Source: Trichoplax adhaerens (Eukaryota; Animalia; Placozoa). Taken from it: 64,000 nt of DNA. Of this stretch, positions 12,201-26,800 are shown piece after piece (position 1 is the stretch's first letter; each line of letters starts with the position of its first letter). The stretch spans positions 62,001-126,000 of the forward strand of contig NW_002060969.1 in the NCBI RefSeq assembly GCF_000150275.1, in the 5' to 3' direction. The translations under genes and the position numbers were made by a program. Under the pieces are notes generated by a model. It ran no database searches. It had not been told where the DNA came from and saw nothing but the letters and a program-made list of their open reading frames with translations.

Positions 12201-15200
12201 CAGCGGTAGTACAAGGCTAGCCTACTACAATATATCGCTACTTGATATAACAAATTACACGTGATGCAGGTAGATTACTAAATTATTATTTTTGTCAACG
12301 CATGATAAAAGTTCATGGAATAGAATTTAAAACTGACTACATATCTGAATTTTAGCTGTAAAGTATCAACAGCATTATTCACCTTTGTAACTTTCAAAAA
12401 TATATCTCCTGCCTTGACTAATGCGGCCTGTATTGAATTTCTGTGAAATTGGCATTCGGCTGTGCGACATTCATTAAGCAGAAATTCTAGTTAAAGATAA
12501 GTTATTTGTTTAGGGAAAAATGACATTCGAAACCTGCAACTTATATTAATAATTACCATCACATGCCAAAGATAATTTTAAAAATCGTACTGCAGCGCCA
12601 TATTTCAGGCTCAGGTCCTTAATATGCGCTAGTTTTAAGCAGGCTCGTTTCGCTTGTTTCATAAAGATTATTGTTGATAAATACTTGCTATCTTCAGTTG
12701 AAAAGCAGCTTTCCGATAATTCTTCATTTTTCTTGCGCAAGCTGGAATGATTGCATTTATTATTAGTTATGCATTTAGCGTTAGCACATGCTAAGCATGA
12801 TTCAGTTTTATCCATTTGGTACAGTCTTCTTCCTCTGATATTGATTCCAGCCTCTATAATCGCTGCTCTTCGAATATTAGCCGTACTTTCTAGACCCTGA
12901 ACGAAGTATTAATGAAATTAGTAATTTATAAGAAAATGTTACGTCTTCGGTACGGATGAAAGAGTTCGTAGAACTGTTGCTTCTATGAATTAATAAAAGC
13001 AGCATTTTACGACAATCAACGAATACCACTTTACCAGACTAAACGAACCTGAGAGATGTGCTTCAGCGCTTTCCTGTAGTTCTCTTCACTATTTCCTACT
13101 ACAGGAATAGGCTTAGGAGTTCGCTACAGCAAAGTCAGGTAATATTTTAAACTATATACAGTATTAGTGTAAAGTGCATATCCGTAAAAATAACAGTACA
13201 TACGGTATTAACTTCTGAAAATAAGATATCATCCGTGGACTCGGCTTTGAAATTTACAACGGATGTTTCCTAGAATTTACAAATAAGTAACTCAATTGTT
13301 ATCAATAATAAGGCAATCACTCAATATTTTTGTTCATGATATTAAAATACCAAGGTATTACATTAACTATTATGTTCTTCGTAACGCTGGTTTCATTTCT
13401 TGTACTTGGTAAGCATTTGATACAGCTATCACAGTATCTGTTGCATTCATACTTTAAAAGCTGATCTGCATCAGAATTCTCGGTGGAGCTTTCGATACAT
13501 TGGCATCCCGACTTTAATTCAGTAATGTCGATTAAGAGTTCACTTAACATCTGATTTGCAAGGGTGTAAATCTAGTTGTTTAGAAAACAAAGATTGTGAA
13601 ATAACTACGTGAAGAAGCACCGTTACTATGTTAATAATTATCAAGGGCCAAGCCAGTGCAACACCAGCAGTAACCCAACTTACCTCGGCATTAATTACTG
13701 GATCAAGCAAAGGTATACAATTTTTTAAAAGTGAGTGAACTGAATGTAGGTCACTAAAAGTAACAATAGTACTCAATTACATTGACGATATATATTTAGA
13801 ATTAAAGTAAACCGGTTATGCTTTCGCTTTATTTTTGCCTACCTATTACTTTTTTTTTCCAATTTGCATAGATTGTATGCTACCCTGTCAGGTGAGGTGT
13901 TATATTATTACCTTAAGTTATCATCACTTTAGTGGGTATATGGATGATACCATATTTATGCATTTACAGGTAAAATATATCAGATGTATAGCATTCATAT
14001 ATGGTACAATTATTAAATTTTTTACTTATATAATAGCATTGCAACTGGTAATTGAAAAGGATTGCAATCTGAGCCCTCTCCAGTCTAAGGAAATCGATAC
14101 GAATATATTAATGATAACCGGTATTTAAGTGCCATTTTGCATATTCTCGGCATTAGACAGAAATTTATGAATTATATTACTTAATCCACCATTATACTTA
14201 TCATACAATACCTCTGCACAGAGTGAAGTTAAATCATACAATTTAATAATATCTTCGTGTTTATCTTTTAAAAGCCAGTATGTGTGACCTTCTTGCGTAC
14301 AGTTGGACTTAAGAAACGATAGAATGTTTCTCGCAATATCTTTTATTAGCTAAGCATATTTAAGCAATTTTTATAAATAGTTAATAGCGAGAACAATGCA
14401 TATTTTACTAATAGATATTAAACAATTATTTATTTAACTACTGTACCTTAGGCGAAAACTGACTTCCTTCAGCTTTGGGAATATCTTCAGTTTTGATTAG
14501 TTCATAGTCCTTTGCGGTAGCTAAGTTTAAGTATTCTACATCATATGCAACATTTTGTATCTATTAAAGAACAATTCTTACTTTAACGATTCCGTTCAAA
14601 TGATAACACATTGCTAATTCGGGAACATTACACATCAGATTATCCAGCCAATAATCTAGGCCAGTCAGAACATTAATGGGCTTCCCAAATTCTCTTTCGA
14701 ATACAAGAATCTACTTCAGAAGCAGTCTCAAGCCAATATATACTGACTAACTTTACATTTTCTCGCTTACCCATGTCGTAAACTAACAGCAGGATGGGTT
14801 CCTCTCCCAAATATCGGCATATTTGAACCCACTAGCATTTTAATATTTTCAAATTTCCAAATTACGTTCTGTTGAAAGGCGGCCTAAAATAATTTTTATT
14901 TCACAACTTTAATACTAAAATGGAATATACCGAAGATATAGTTAAGATATTGATTGAGGAATAATAATGAGGAGAAACGAACAGAGCTCTTGCAGCTATC
15001 TAATATCGACAATGGTAAGGCTTTATGACTGGAACGGGCTAATTCGTTTTTCAAATTTACTTCTGTGTTACCAAACAAAGATACTGTTTCGTGTTTAATC
15101 GACGCTTGTGGATCTTTAAATAATGAAGTAATGTTATTCATAGACAATATTTGATCCAGGTTTCTTTCATTTTCTATGCTAAAAGATAAGATATATTGCG

Positions 15201-16590
15201 TATCATCTTATACTGACATAAAATGAACAAATCGTTACAGTAAGTAGCAAAAAAGTCAATATATTTAGAAATTTATAACTTGAAACGGCCTCTGTAATGT
15301 ATCGTATTGTACCTATAATACAATAGTCGCGACAACATATCTCTACTACTAGTAACTTTCTGATTCTTTCTTTTTTGATAAAATATTTCATCCTAATAAG
15401 AAATGTAGAAGACAATCGGCAACAAAGGCTCATGCATAACGGAAATGGGGAATTTAGACAAGGAAGAATATCACAATAACTTGATTTACAGGCTTACAGT
15501 GACGCAGTATAGTTATTTCACGTAACCCATACCTTAGGTTTATTTAACTGCTCGCAATAAAAGTTCTTAAGCCAGTCCCAATTTTCAATCTATGTAATAT
15601 TCAAAATAGCAATAAAGTTAGTAAATATAGCAGCAAAGTCACAGTATCTTTGCCTGTAATGATGTTTCTTAAGCAACCTTAGTAGCATCCGCTAGTAATC
15701 TGTCGACATTAAATTCGTCAAGTAGTAACGTCTTGCCGATGCGATGAACAGCTAAGCTTACAGTTGCCGGGCTAATATAAACAGAAACATTAATACGATA
15801 AAATTTCACAATTACAGTACTCTCCTAAAACGTGTACTGTAACAATTAATAAATTATAACATTGCAACAACTACTAAGCCTTCACTCGCTACAGAAAAGG
15901 ATTTATATTATCATGCTGGTATATATCTACAAAATAAAATTTGCATAGTTTATAAAAATTGTATAAGTACAGTATATACGTACATATTAACGTATTTAAT
16001 GCCAAAATATCTACGTAATAGCATAATTTAATTACCTGAAAGGCATCTTCAATAGCTTTTTAATATTCTTTAAAAACCGATAATATTGCAGACCGATACG
16101 CATACGTACAGTGAGAAGTGAAATATGAAAGAAAATCAGTTATAGCGAAGTATCAGTCAGCTTTCTACCTTAGCATCCGAAATTACTTCAACTTTATCAA
16201 TTGTTTCTGGAAATGCGTCGGCCAATGCAAAGCTGAGTCCAGATATAATGGAAAAGAATACAAGACAATAATTTGATAAAGACTAGATTATATAATGTTA
16301 TCACTGGTTTCACTCGGCTGTTGCAACTATATTTATAAAAATTCTTTTGAGTAAATTATCATAATCTACAACAGTAATTGAATAAGAAGACTTAATAGGG
16401 AAGTGCTATTGTACAATAATATTATTTAAAAATTTCAGCAATTCACTGTTGGATATTAAAGATAATACCTCTAGAAACATATAGACTGTACCTCGAGAGT
16501 TCGAGCGAATTTTCTGTGGGGAATAAGTTTTGTATCCACCTGGCAATCTTCAGCCAATGTAAGGGTGGCTGGTTAAGGTTAGTTTCCTGA
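9226..16590 (-). CDS. EDRF1: Erythroid differentiation-related factor 1, multi-exon; 5' exons uncertain (gap, possibly out to about 17640)
   Basis: GKPINVLTGLDYWLDNLMCNVPELAMCYHLNGIVK (14582-14686), VSLAVHRIGKTLLLDEF, NIKKLLKMPF, EGHTYWLLK, GNIRNELGTYYM. Inferred stop TGA at 9228-9226. Confidence 0.9.
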
Positions 16591-16692
16591 TGTCATTGAT
16601 AGAGGAATCGATAATTTTAGCGGAAAGTATCAATGCAAATAGCAAAGGATTTTCGTTGAATAGGCAGGCATTTACTTATATTATCTAATGCG

Positions 16693-16877
16693 NNNNNNNN
16701 NNNNNNNNNNNNNNNNNNNNNNNNNNNNNNNNNNNNNNNNNNNNNNNNNNNNNNNNNNNNNNNNNNNNNNNNNNNNNNNNNNNNNNNNNNNNNNNNNNNN
16801 NNNNNNNNNNNNNNNNNNNNNNNNNNNNNNNNNNNNNNNNNNNNNNNNNNNNNNNNNNNNNNNNNNNNNNNNNNNNN
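16693..16877. other. Assembly gap (185 N)
   Basis: Run of N. Confidence 1.
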
Positions 16878-17659
16878 CCTAGAGATTAAAATACGAATTC
16901 GATTTTGTTTCTTTAAGTACATATTCATTCTAAAATCATTTGCTATATGATATGGTATAATCAAATAAAATACCCGGTAAAGTAAAATATGCACAGCTGC
17001 ATGAATAATGTATTCACACAGAAGGGTTAAAGCCTCCTGTGTGAATTATCATGACCATTTTTTGACGAGATTTTTAGATGTACTCGTATTTCGATTGCTA
17101 CAGTTAGTTTGAATTGTGTGGCACGTAATATGATTTGCGATCAATACAGTACAGTAACATTACAGCACTTGTTTATGTGTCAAGTGCAGTACTGTAGATT
17201 CAATATGTCAAACTAATTAATCATTACCATTATTTCACGAGATCATTGACTTGAGTGAAAGCCTTCACGCCATTAAGATTCGAATTTGTACGGTGATAGC
17301 ACTTCAATTTATAATTACCAATAATAATTATAATTATAATTATGATTAAATTTGATTTTGATTTTAATTAATTTATTTGTTTATTTACTACTGATTTAAT
17401 ACCGTACGGTACAGTATGATCTCCTTCAGAAATCTCAGTGAGAACAGTGTTGATTTGTTAATTAATTAATACAGTACTAGTGCAAACTCCCGTCGCTTTG
17501 CTGACGGTTTAAGATAATGTGCTCATTTAACAGATAGTATTACCATTTGATAGACCTGTCAGAGGTTCAGTAACTTTTTACCGTATCAGTCAGCAGGGAT
17601 AGCTTCAGTGGCCCGAATTTCGTAATAAAGGTTCACCGAAGTTATTCACTGCTGTCAGT

Positions 17660-17730
17660 GTACTGTACAGTACAGTACAGTACAGTACAGCATCAGTTGC
17701 TTGCATTCACTGTACAAACTACTGTAGACC
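17660..17730. repeat. Short (TACWG)n tract in the EDRF1/FANCI divergent region
   Basis: GTACTGTACAGTACAGTACAGTACAGTACAG about 200 bp upstream of the FANCI ATG. Confidence 0.85.
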
Positions 17731-17892
17731 CTGCTTTTGCCTGATCACCCGCGCTATTTTGGAAGACAATTTAAACTCTTTTATTAAACGTCATTGATTT
17801 CTGAAGTACTGCCTTTCCTAAACAATAAATAAACTTTAAAAATTTATTTGTTACTCACCGTCCACTAGCATTTGCAATTCACTAGATTAAGA

Positions 17893-20800
17893 ATGAATAG
17901 CAGCTCTTTTTTGCTAAAATGTTTTGCTGAAGGAAACCAAGATGCAGTACTGAAATCCGTTAACTGCTTAAATGAGAAACAGGTAATGCATCAAAGTTTT
18001 AAAGAGTTTATAAGGTTGTTGCTATCCCTAACTTTTTATCCATATTATTGTTATACGTATGTAAGTCTTCTAGTTTCGCATTTAGAAATAACCATCTATA
18101 CTGTACGTATTTAAAAGATTTCTTCTGCAGTGGCCACTACGGCACTGTACAGTACTCATAGTACTTGAGTGTCGCACTTGATATACAGCTCGTATTTGTA
18201 GGCCCTTGGTTGCTTTTACCCACTTAGCTGCATTCTACGGGTACGCCTTTTCGCTCGTTTACTGTATCTGTAAATGGGCTTTAAATTGTTACCTACAGTA
18301 ATCTGTTTCAGAAGCCAGGAGGTACACATAGGTACAAGTCGTATGAAATTAAATAATTTAACGTAATTTATGCTGGATTCAATTACAGCTCTGCAACTTG
18401 ATTGATGGACATCATCCACAGACATGTGAACTTATGCAAGTTATTCTTAAAGGTAACATTCGCCTACAATATATAATAAATTCTGACATTATGGCATTAT
18501 ACTGGTTTTTCAATAATTATTTTAGCGAAAATTTTTTATTTTAATTACTGAATAAAACTGACTCTACAAAAATTAAGCGGCTGCATGATGAATTTGTTCT
18601 TCTTATACCATATTTTAATACTACTGTAGTACTTGACTGTAATTACCAAATACGCGTAGCAGCAGAGTGATTTAATGTACAGTACTGTGTTGACTGCAGA
18701 GGATACTATGTTGTTTAAAGGCAGTTGAACAATATCATAAGTTTATAATCTTAGTAAATTATCTTCGGCACACAAGGAAGGATAGAGGAGTGGCATTTTG
18801 TAATGGGATATATGTGCAGGTATAAAAATTAGAAAAAATTATGTTGTGACATCAATCACTGTAACTGCCAAATGGTAAAAGTGCAAATAGTTACCTATGC
18901 GGAATACTTGTATAAATGAACGTTATGAATATGACAAGTAAACTTAAAATGGTGGCTGTTATATTTTACTATTTGCACTTGTATAACTGCCGTATAACAG
19001 TTTAGCTATAAAGGTGACAGTAACGACGTACATACTGTATGTAGTAGTATAGTAAGCGTTTAAGTTTTGATTTAGATGCCGTTAGTTTGATGAATTCATA
19101 TTATTTAATTGCAAGCTCTAATAACTGATAAGAATGAAGGATTCCAAAAACATGACTTTGTAGTAAAACATTGTGTATCGTTGATCAATGAAGGACAGAT
19201 GCCACAGAAGGTGAGACAATTAACATCTAAAATTATATAGCCAATGTCAATTTACTCGGTTGTCCTTCGCTAGTGTATAAGAGCCTGTGGCGTATTTAGA
19301 TTTTTGTAAGTAATGTTTCGAATATACAGTACTTATCAGTAAGACTTGTATTGCTGTAACTATTAGGTACTTGCTGGAATGGTTAGTTACCTATTGGTAC
19401 AGGTAAACGATCTATTTTACTTCAAGCAAAAAATGCGAACTTTATTATTTGTACAATATGAACAGTATTAAAGTTCTAGTATAATCCTCTACATAAAGTA
19501 GTAATTATAGGTTATTTAAGCTGGATTCTGTATCATATAAATTGATTATATGTTATCTTATAGATAAACTCGGCGTCTTGTTCACTGTTGTTGGATTTAT
19601 GCAATATCTTCTTGGAAGCCATTGAATCTGGTATTTGCAGAAATGAAAAGTAGGAGCATCACCAGATTTATGTCTAGCGTATTTTAATCGTACAAGTTCG
19701 GAATTACTCTTACACCTAAAATTTAAACCCAAGGTCTTTAGAATTATTTGCGAAAGTGCTATCTGCTATTTCATTGAAGGAAAGTGTTTTCCATAAAAAA
19801 GGTAAGGTAGCGGATCTATCTGATAAGATGCTATTATACTTACGATGTAGAGTCTTGCTTTAATTTCTGAGCCCTTCCGAATATTCCTGCTATTCAAATC
19901 AGATATTTGCACTGCAATGAGTGGACCTCAATATAAAGCTTACATATTGAATAAATTATGCTCTAGCAGGTAATTGTTGGAATAAAATACTATTATATGA
20001 CTATGTCTAAACAACTCCTAGAAAATTAAGGCAATACTAATTTATAGTAAACTAGCTTTGTAGTCATTTTGTGACTATGCAAGTATTTACTATACAAATA
20101 CAACTGCACGTATCACTTAAAGAGCACTGCCTATTCGTAACTTTACATGTGATGCCCCCTATTGGTGCTGATTAGTTTACTTACGCTCTTAAATTTATCT
20201 TACCTAGATGGCATGCCAGCTGCATAGTATCTATGGCATCGATGTTTCGGTACGCTACCTATATATTGTAGATGAAATTACAATTACTCTCAGTGATATT
20301 TCACGAAAGTATGTTTCCAAATAATTGTGTGCCAAATTTATGTCTGTATACGAGCAATAAGAGGTGACTATAGATTTAAGAAATGTACTTGCTCTGCGCT
20401 GACCTCAATTTACCTTTACAGAGGTATTGATATGAGTGAAGAAGAACTACGTGTGGTAGTGGAGAAGATGATACTGTAAGTATGGCTTTTAGTTATGAAT
20501 ATGATATTTACTTTAGTCGGTATTAGTAAGACTACCGATAAGAACTACCTATTGGTGTTGTTACTAGGACGTTACCTAGCATTGATATTTTGGAATTGCC
20601 TCCCTTGGTATATCAGTTGCTTTTAATGTCAAATCAGGTCAGGATATCTTTGCTCCTTAGGGTTGCTTACCTAGATGATTTGATTGCAAGCAAAATATTA
20701 CGTACTTTTATGAATCGTACTGTAGGGCTTCAAGAGGACTATTTTAGCTGGTATCATCTCATATATGACAAGCTTAAACTTACAAATCCGAAAAGAACAG

Positions 20801-23800
20801 GAAGCATCAAAGTAAAATATGTTTTATTATTGCAGTGATTGCTCTTCTGTTCGTTGGTAAAACTCTTTCATGAATACTCTTACCTACTTACTACTAGCGA
20901 AATTGTGGCTATTTCTGATAAACAATTACAACCGTTAGAAGGGACTGTAATTTTACACATGACCTACGCAATTAAGCAAGACCAAGTTTGTTCATAAGTT
21001 CATGATCCCATTGACGATATGTTTATTTCAGTTTCGTATAATCTAATACTATTTACGTTTTTATAGGATCTTGGAAAAGAGCTTATAAAATATTTTAAGG
21101 TTAAATAAGAAAATCGTTTAGGCTGAATACGAAAGCACTTTGTTGTGGAATGATTCGATTTCTCTGTCATAAGTTTCAATTAAATACTGCTACTCTTTGC
21201 TATTTTTATGTAGGAAAATTCAAATACTTCATCGTCATTCCGTTTAGCTTTATCCCTAGCCGTTGCCCGTATAAGTCGCTTTCACGATTTGGTAAATTTT
21301 GAATTAGGGTCATTTTGAAGACCATTTATAATTATTTATTCATTGTTAGAGCAAAATTACGATCTTTATAGTATTGTAATATTGAAGTTATTTTGATTAA
21401 ATTTTAGATTTTTGATATTTTGAAATCAAGTATCATCAAAGCCTACAAAGATAACGAACGTTTTAATTCGTGTCGATGGTTAAGAGGTACAATAATCAAT
21501 TGATTGAACTAGCCATCAAAAAAATTAAATGGTAACTATCTATACGCATAGATTCTTCACGTACACCTCTGACGATTGAAAAAGCAACGCTCAAAGTGAT
21601 CGAAAATAGGTGCAGGATTGTGTAATTGATATCGGATCAATGATAAATTTATAGAGTTGTATTTATAGCCATGACTTTGACCAATGGAGATGAAAATTTT
21701 CTGAGATTTATGTTCACTAATATAACAGATTTACAAATAATATTTCTCAGTGCTAGATAGTGATCATATGCATTATTATTCTTTCTTCTAGTTCGCTTGG
21801 ATGGGATCAAGTCACTCAGGGAATGTTAGAACTTGGATTCATTCTTGTTGATGGTTTTTTAGTTAAAATACAGCCAGGTATTTTAGTAAATAAAAATTTA
21901 TTAATTGTACTGTAACTTGCAAACGGCGATGACCTTTCGTGCACTTCGAATGTTTAAAACTATAGCACAATTGCAAGTCTCCCGGTTAGGAACTACTATT
22001 ATACTAAAATGCTTTAAGGTTAGTATTATACACGCGAACTCTACACATTTTAAATGACCGTAGTGGTACATTATTGTTTTCACCTCTATTAAGATAGTGA
22101 TCACACAGTATACGTATTAACATAATACAGACAGTTGTAGAAATTTTTATCATTTTCTATCCATCTTGAAGGTTCATGACGCGATGAGGGAAGAAATATT
22201 AGAACAAATTATAAATCGGATAATTTCCAAAGGAATAGCTACAGTTACAAATTATATTGGTAGGTTATATCTTGAAAGTTGTCTATTTCATCGTCGAAGA
22301 TAACTAAACAAACTTTGCACTTTACAGATATGCTCGCTTACGCCTTAAAGATAATCAATCAGCTTTCTTCAAATATATTTTCCAAAGTAAGAAGTCCATA
22401 ACTTTGTTTGGAATTAGACATAGTGCAAACACTTTTTAATTACTAAAATTTCATTATCTACCATTGAACTCGTGATTCAACTATTAAATTGGGATGAAAT
22501 GGTAACGGCACTTCTTTTATGGCCTTAAACGACACAATGATAGCTTAAGAGAGCAATTAATCATATATCATTGCTACCTTTCGAAACCTCCAGAGAAATA
22601 TTACTTGCTCTATTGGTAGATAGGAATTGTTCGAACCCTTAAAACTTCATTTAAACTTGGAAATAATCGTCTGATTATCAATTCTTTCTGCTTTGTCAGC
22701 CTCAATTTGTGTCGAACTTCAATCTAAGGGATCATACACTAAATATGTTGTTCAAGGCTGTATTTTCTAGGTAACGATCGTGTGCCTTTAACAAATTTTG
22801 TCCTGTAGTTGTAATTGTTTAAAAATGAACCGTAATAGCGTATAATTAGAGAATTATATTCTGACCTTGTACTGTTGATAAATAAATTTGAGTAATTTTA
22901 TTGGCCGCTAAATTAACTTAATTATCTTCTTGCAGATCAATTGAAGCTCGTAAAATAGCTGCATTTGGTATGACTGTTCTACTGAAAGCGTATAAGGTAT
23001 ATAATCCATAATTCTTCATACGTCTGTTATCAATTTCAAAATTTACCTAACGATCCATAAGGAAATGGAGCGCGAGGGCAACCTTAATCTATCAAGCCAG
23101 GTAGCTGTCTTATACAGTCAGGAATCTAACTTGGTACGTTACATTTTAATATCCTACTGTACGTCGGTGCTTTCATAGGCAAGTTAACGTATGATATATT
23201 TTATAATATTTAGGTACATATTCACAGCCAGACCGGTAGCAAGCTCAATCATAAGTGGGTAAAATCAGAAATTTTAAGTAAGTGATATATGGTAATTAAT
23301 GAATACACAATTGATGTAATACCTTGGATTGAAGTACTCAGTCAATAATCGGATACTTCTATAGGACATTTGCAGCGTTGCTTGTCACATCAGGCGTCTG
23401 TTAAAGAGATATTGTATAAAGTAATCGGAGCTCAATTTTGATATATAGTAGGCTATGTGGAATTATTAAATATCTGATAATGTATAATTCCTTTGATAGG
23501 GTTTTTATCAGACTGTTTCTATCGCTACAGAGCTACAAAAACTCGTTTACAATATTCTGATGAAGCAAGTTAGTATATGGTTATTAATAATATATCTATT
23601 GTAAGTAATCGTTACAATATCGATTGATTATCTCTAATAGTTTAGTAAGGTATATCGAAGCGATTCAGGGTTGTTACCTCCCTTAGCACTTCATTCGTGT
23701 CTCATAACGGTCAACGACGAAACCTTTATTGTCGAACCTTTGGTGAATTTCATTTAAGGACTGATTCATCTAAATGTTCATTTAGAAGTAGTTAATTTTT

Positions 23801-26800
23801 ATAGATTGTATTAATTTTACTGATTAATTTGTTTCAATCTCAGCCAGCTTTAGTATATTATCTGTATCAACTACACTTTCTTAAAGATCCAGGTGAAGGC
23901 AATAAATCTAGTTGTAGAACTATCGTATATTGCATAATTTGGTATGGCTAGAATCAAATTTGATATTGGGTTGTTAAATTATTTGAATTGCTTTTATTTA
24001 GTAAATGACTTACCAGCAAGTAATCTAATATCCTCGCTAAACTCTGTTGTTACTCGGATGATTAAGTGTGAAATAGAAGACTTCCAATTGGTAGTTTATC
24101 CTAAAAGTTAGTATTAAGGAATTATGGGCATCATTTAAAATTTAATTTCCTTAATATTACTAGGACAAAGAGGCTGACTTTTCTCCAGTTACAGCTGCAG
24201 GATGTAGAAATCTAATTCTTTGTAAATTGATTGCCAATCTTTATGAGGTGTAATATTTGCCTTCTTCTGAAAGACACTAATCTTACTACGTATTTCACGG
24301 TATGAATAATAGTGAGTTTCTTATACCATTTGTTTTCTTACTGCAGGTTTTAATTGAGTTTATGTTAAGAAAAAACGATTTTGCGTAAGTGATCGATCAT
24401 AACGGGCAGGGCTTAATAACACTTAGTAAATACCTTAAATACCACCGTACGAGACGTAATTGACAGTTGCCAATTCGATTTTATATATGTATCTAATCCA
24501 CGTCAAATTTATAGCATAGGCGATTGCGAAGACGCCACACGATTATTTGAGAGATATTCTCGGATAACTCAGATTTTACGAGAAAACGGAAACAATCCTC
24601 ACGGTATAACTTTGTGTGATCATAGTTGCACACAACATTATATGAGACAATGCCGCTGTTATTGATACAGAAATACTATCTGCAATTAACTGATTCTAGC
24701 AAATCATTATATGCCATGCTTCGACACGTTTTAAACTTCATGAATAGGGTAAATATAGACAATCGTGGGTAATCATGTGTTCAATATTTGTAGTACGTTC
24801 AGTAAAATCTAAATATAGATTGGAAACCATGATATCATTTAGTTGCGTTTCGACGTTAATTCGGATTATATTTGGGTAAGTTTATTAAGATTAATTAAAT
24901 TCATTCCATATCTCACTAATTTTCGCTTTGCTATAATTATATTCCTCGAACTTAACAAGTATTTATAATTAATTAGCAAATAGACCTAGTTAATGACTAA
25001 TATTAAGATTATTGTACATGATAGAAACGTTTCCCCATGTTATCAGGAAAGCCAGCGAATTTTATCACAGTCGATTAGTTTTGTTAAGTTTACTTTTATA
25101 GCTTTACAAGATAGATTAAATGAAGTGAGTATGCGGTAAGGCAGTAATCGTATTTAGATAGTTAATAGTATAATTAGTATGAAGTTCTAGTTTATTATAA
25201 TGACGGACGGCCTTGAACTTTAGGTTGGAAGTTGTAGCGCTGATCATATGGAGATATTTCAATATTGCCAAACAGTCGGGAGGTACGCTTTCCTTAGTAT
25301 TTAATTTTATCAAAGAGTTAACAATGTGAGGCAATAATAAGGTATGGTAATGGCTGTTTTTATTAAAACTCTTCAGAACTATTTTTAAATCCATCATTGG
25401 GGAAACGGTGCATGAGACATTTTTGACTACTGATGATGGCATAATGGTAATAAGTTTTATCGATCGCTATAATGTGGTGATTTTTTGTATAATAATTTTC
25501 TGTAATTAAATATCATAGAATAAATCAATATCACTTTTGCAACTCGAAACCTTTGGATCGTTGATCAATACGATTTTTAAGAGCTTTTCGGATCGAATTG
25601 AACCCTTCCTACGAAATCTTAGTAATCGTCTATATATATATTTTAATTCTATGCAAGGATCTGCTTGCATTTGCTGTCAGCATTGAGCTACCCTAATATC
25701 ATATATCCATATCACAAGTTACTAATGATTCGTAGGTATCTTGGATGAACAAATTAACAATCAAGATGAGATGATTTACGCCCTGGTGGCCTTTTTTCAA
25801 AAATTAATAAATTCAGCCCTCACTGCCGGTGCTGAATTTAAGCAGGCACACATCGCAATGACCATCATTCTATCCCTATTGCAGCATCTTGGTGAATCAG
25901 GGCTCAAACAAGTTAGATTTATGTCAGATTATGACTTTAAGCTTATTAATAAATTCTGTAATTTTTATTTAGCAGATTCAGAAGCATTATGAATGGCTTC
26001 TAGCAATTTGCAAGCATCAAGTTATAGGCGAGCGTTTGTTTAACATTTATTACTGTCATCCTATAATTAAATAGTTTCGATAACTAAATTTGATTTCTGA
26101 TTACTTAACTAGATGATCTTCAACTTGTTAAATGCTTCATCGATCAGTTATTTACTATTTGTAATCGGATTGAAGATATCCTAGGATTGGTATAATTTGC
26201 ATTATGTATTGTACTGTAAACCGATTATTTGCTTATACTGTAGGTACAATATTGCATATAGTTACATACGCGTATATTTCTTTTGCAGCTATTAACTGTA
26301 TCAATAGACATTCACGGACAACTCGGCGATGTTGAAGAAGTATAGTATACGCGTATACAGTATTATAGAAATTAGCGTGTTGCAAAATAAGCTATTTCGC
26401 TACCGTTAACCTTCTTTTCAAAAAATTATTATGCCATATTTGAATAAGGATATAGAGGTGAAAAAGCATAATAATTTTGCTATAATTACGGAATTCACGG
26501 CTGCTCCAACGGTTTTGGTAATTTACGAACATGTCATTGTCCGTATCTTCTGTTGAAAATCGCAAAGATCGCTAAATATTCATACTTTAGGTCATACTGT
26601 CATCTCAATTGGAAGCTGCAATGGAAAACATTGATTGGCTAGTTTCCAATCTGAATGCATTGATCTTCGATGATGATATCGGTAGAGCATGTCGTGATAT
26701 TTTTGCATCGTTTGTAAAAATTTAAATTTTTCTATCATTACCTGAAATTCGATTTCTAAAATATTTATAGGTGAGGCGGAGTTCTCAAGGACTTATAGTG

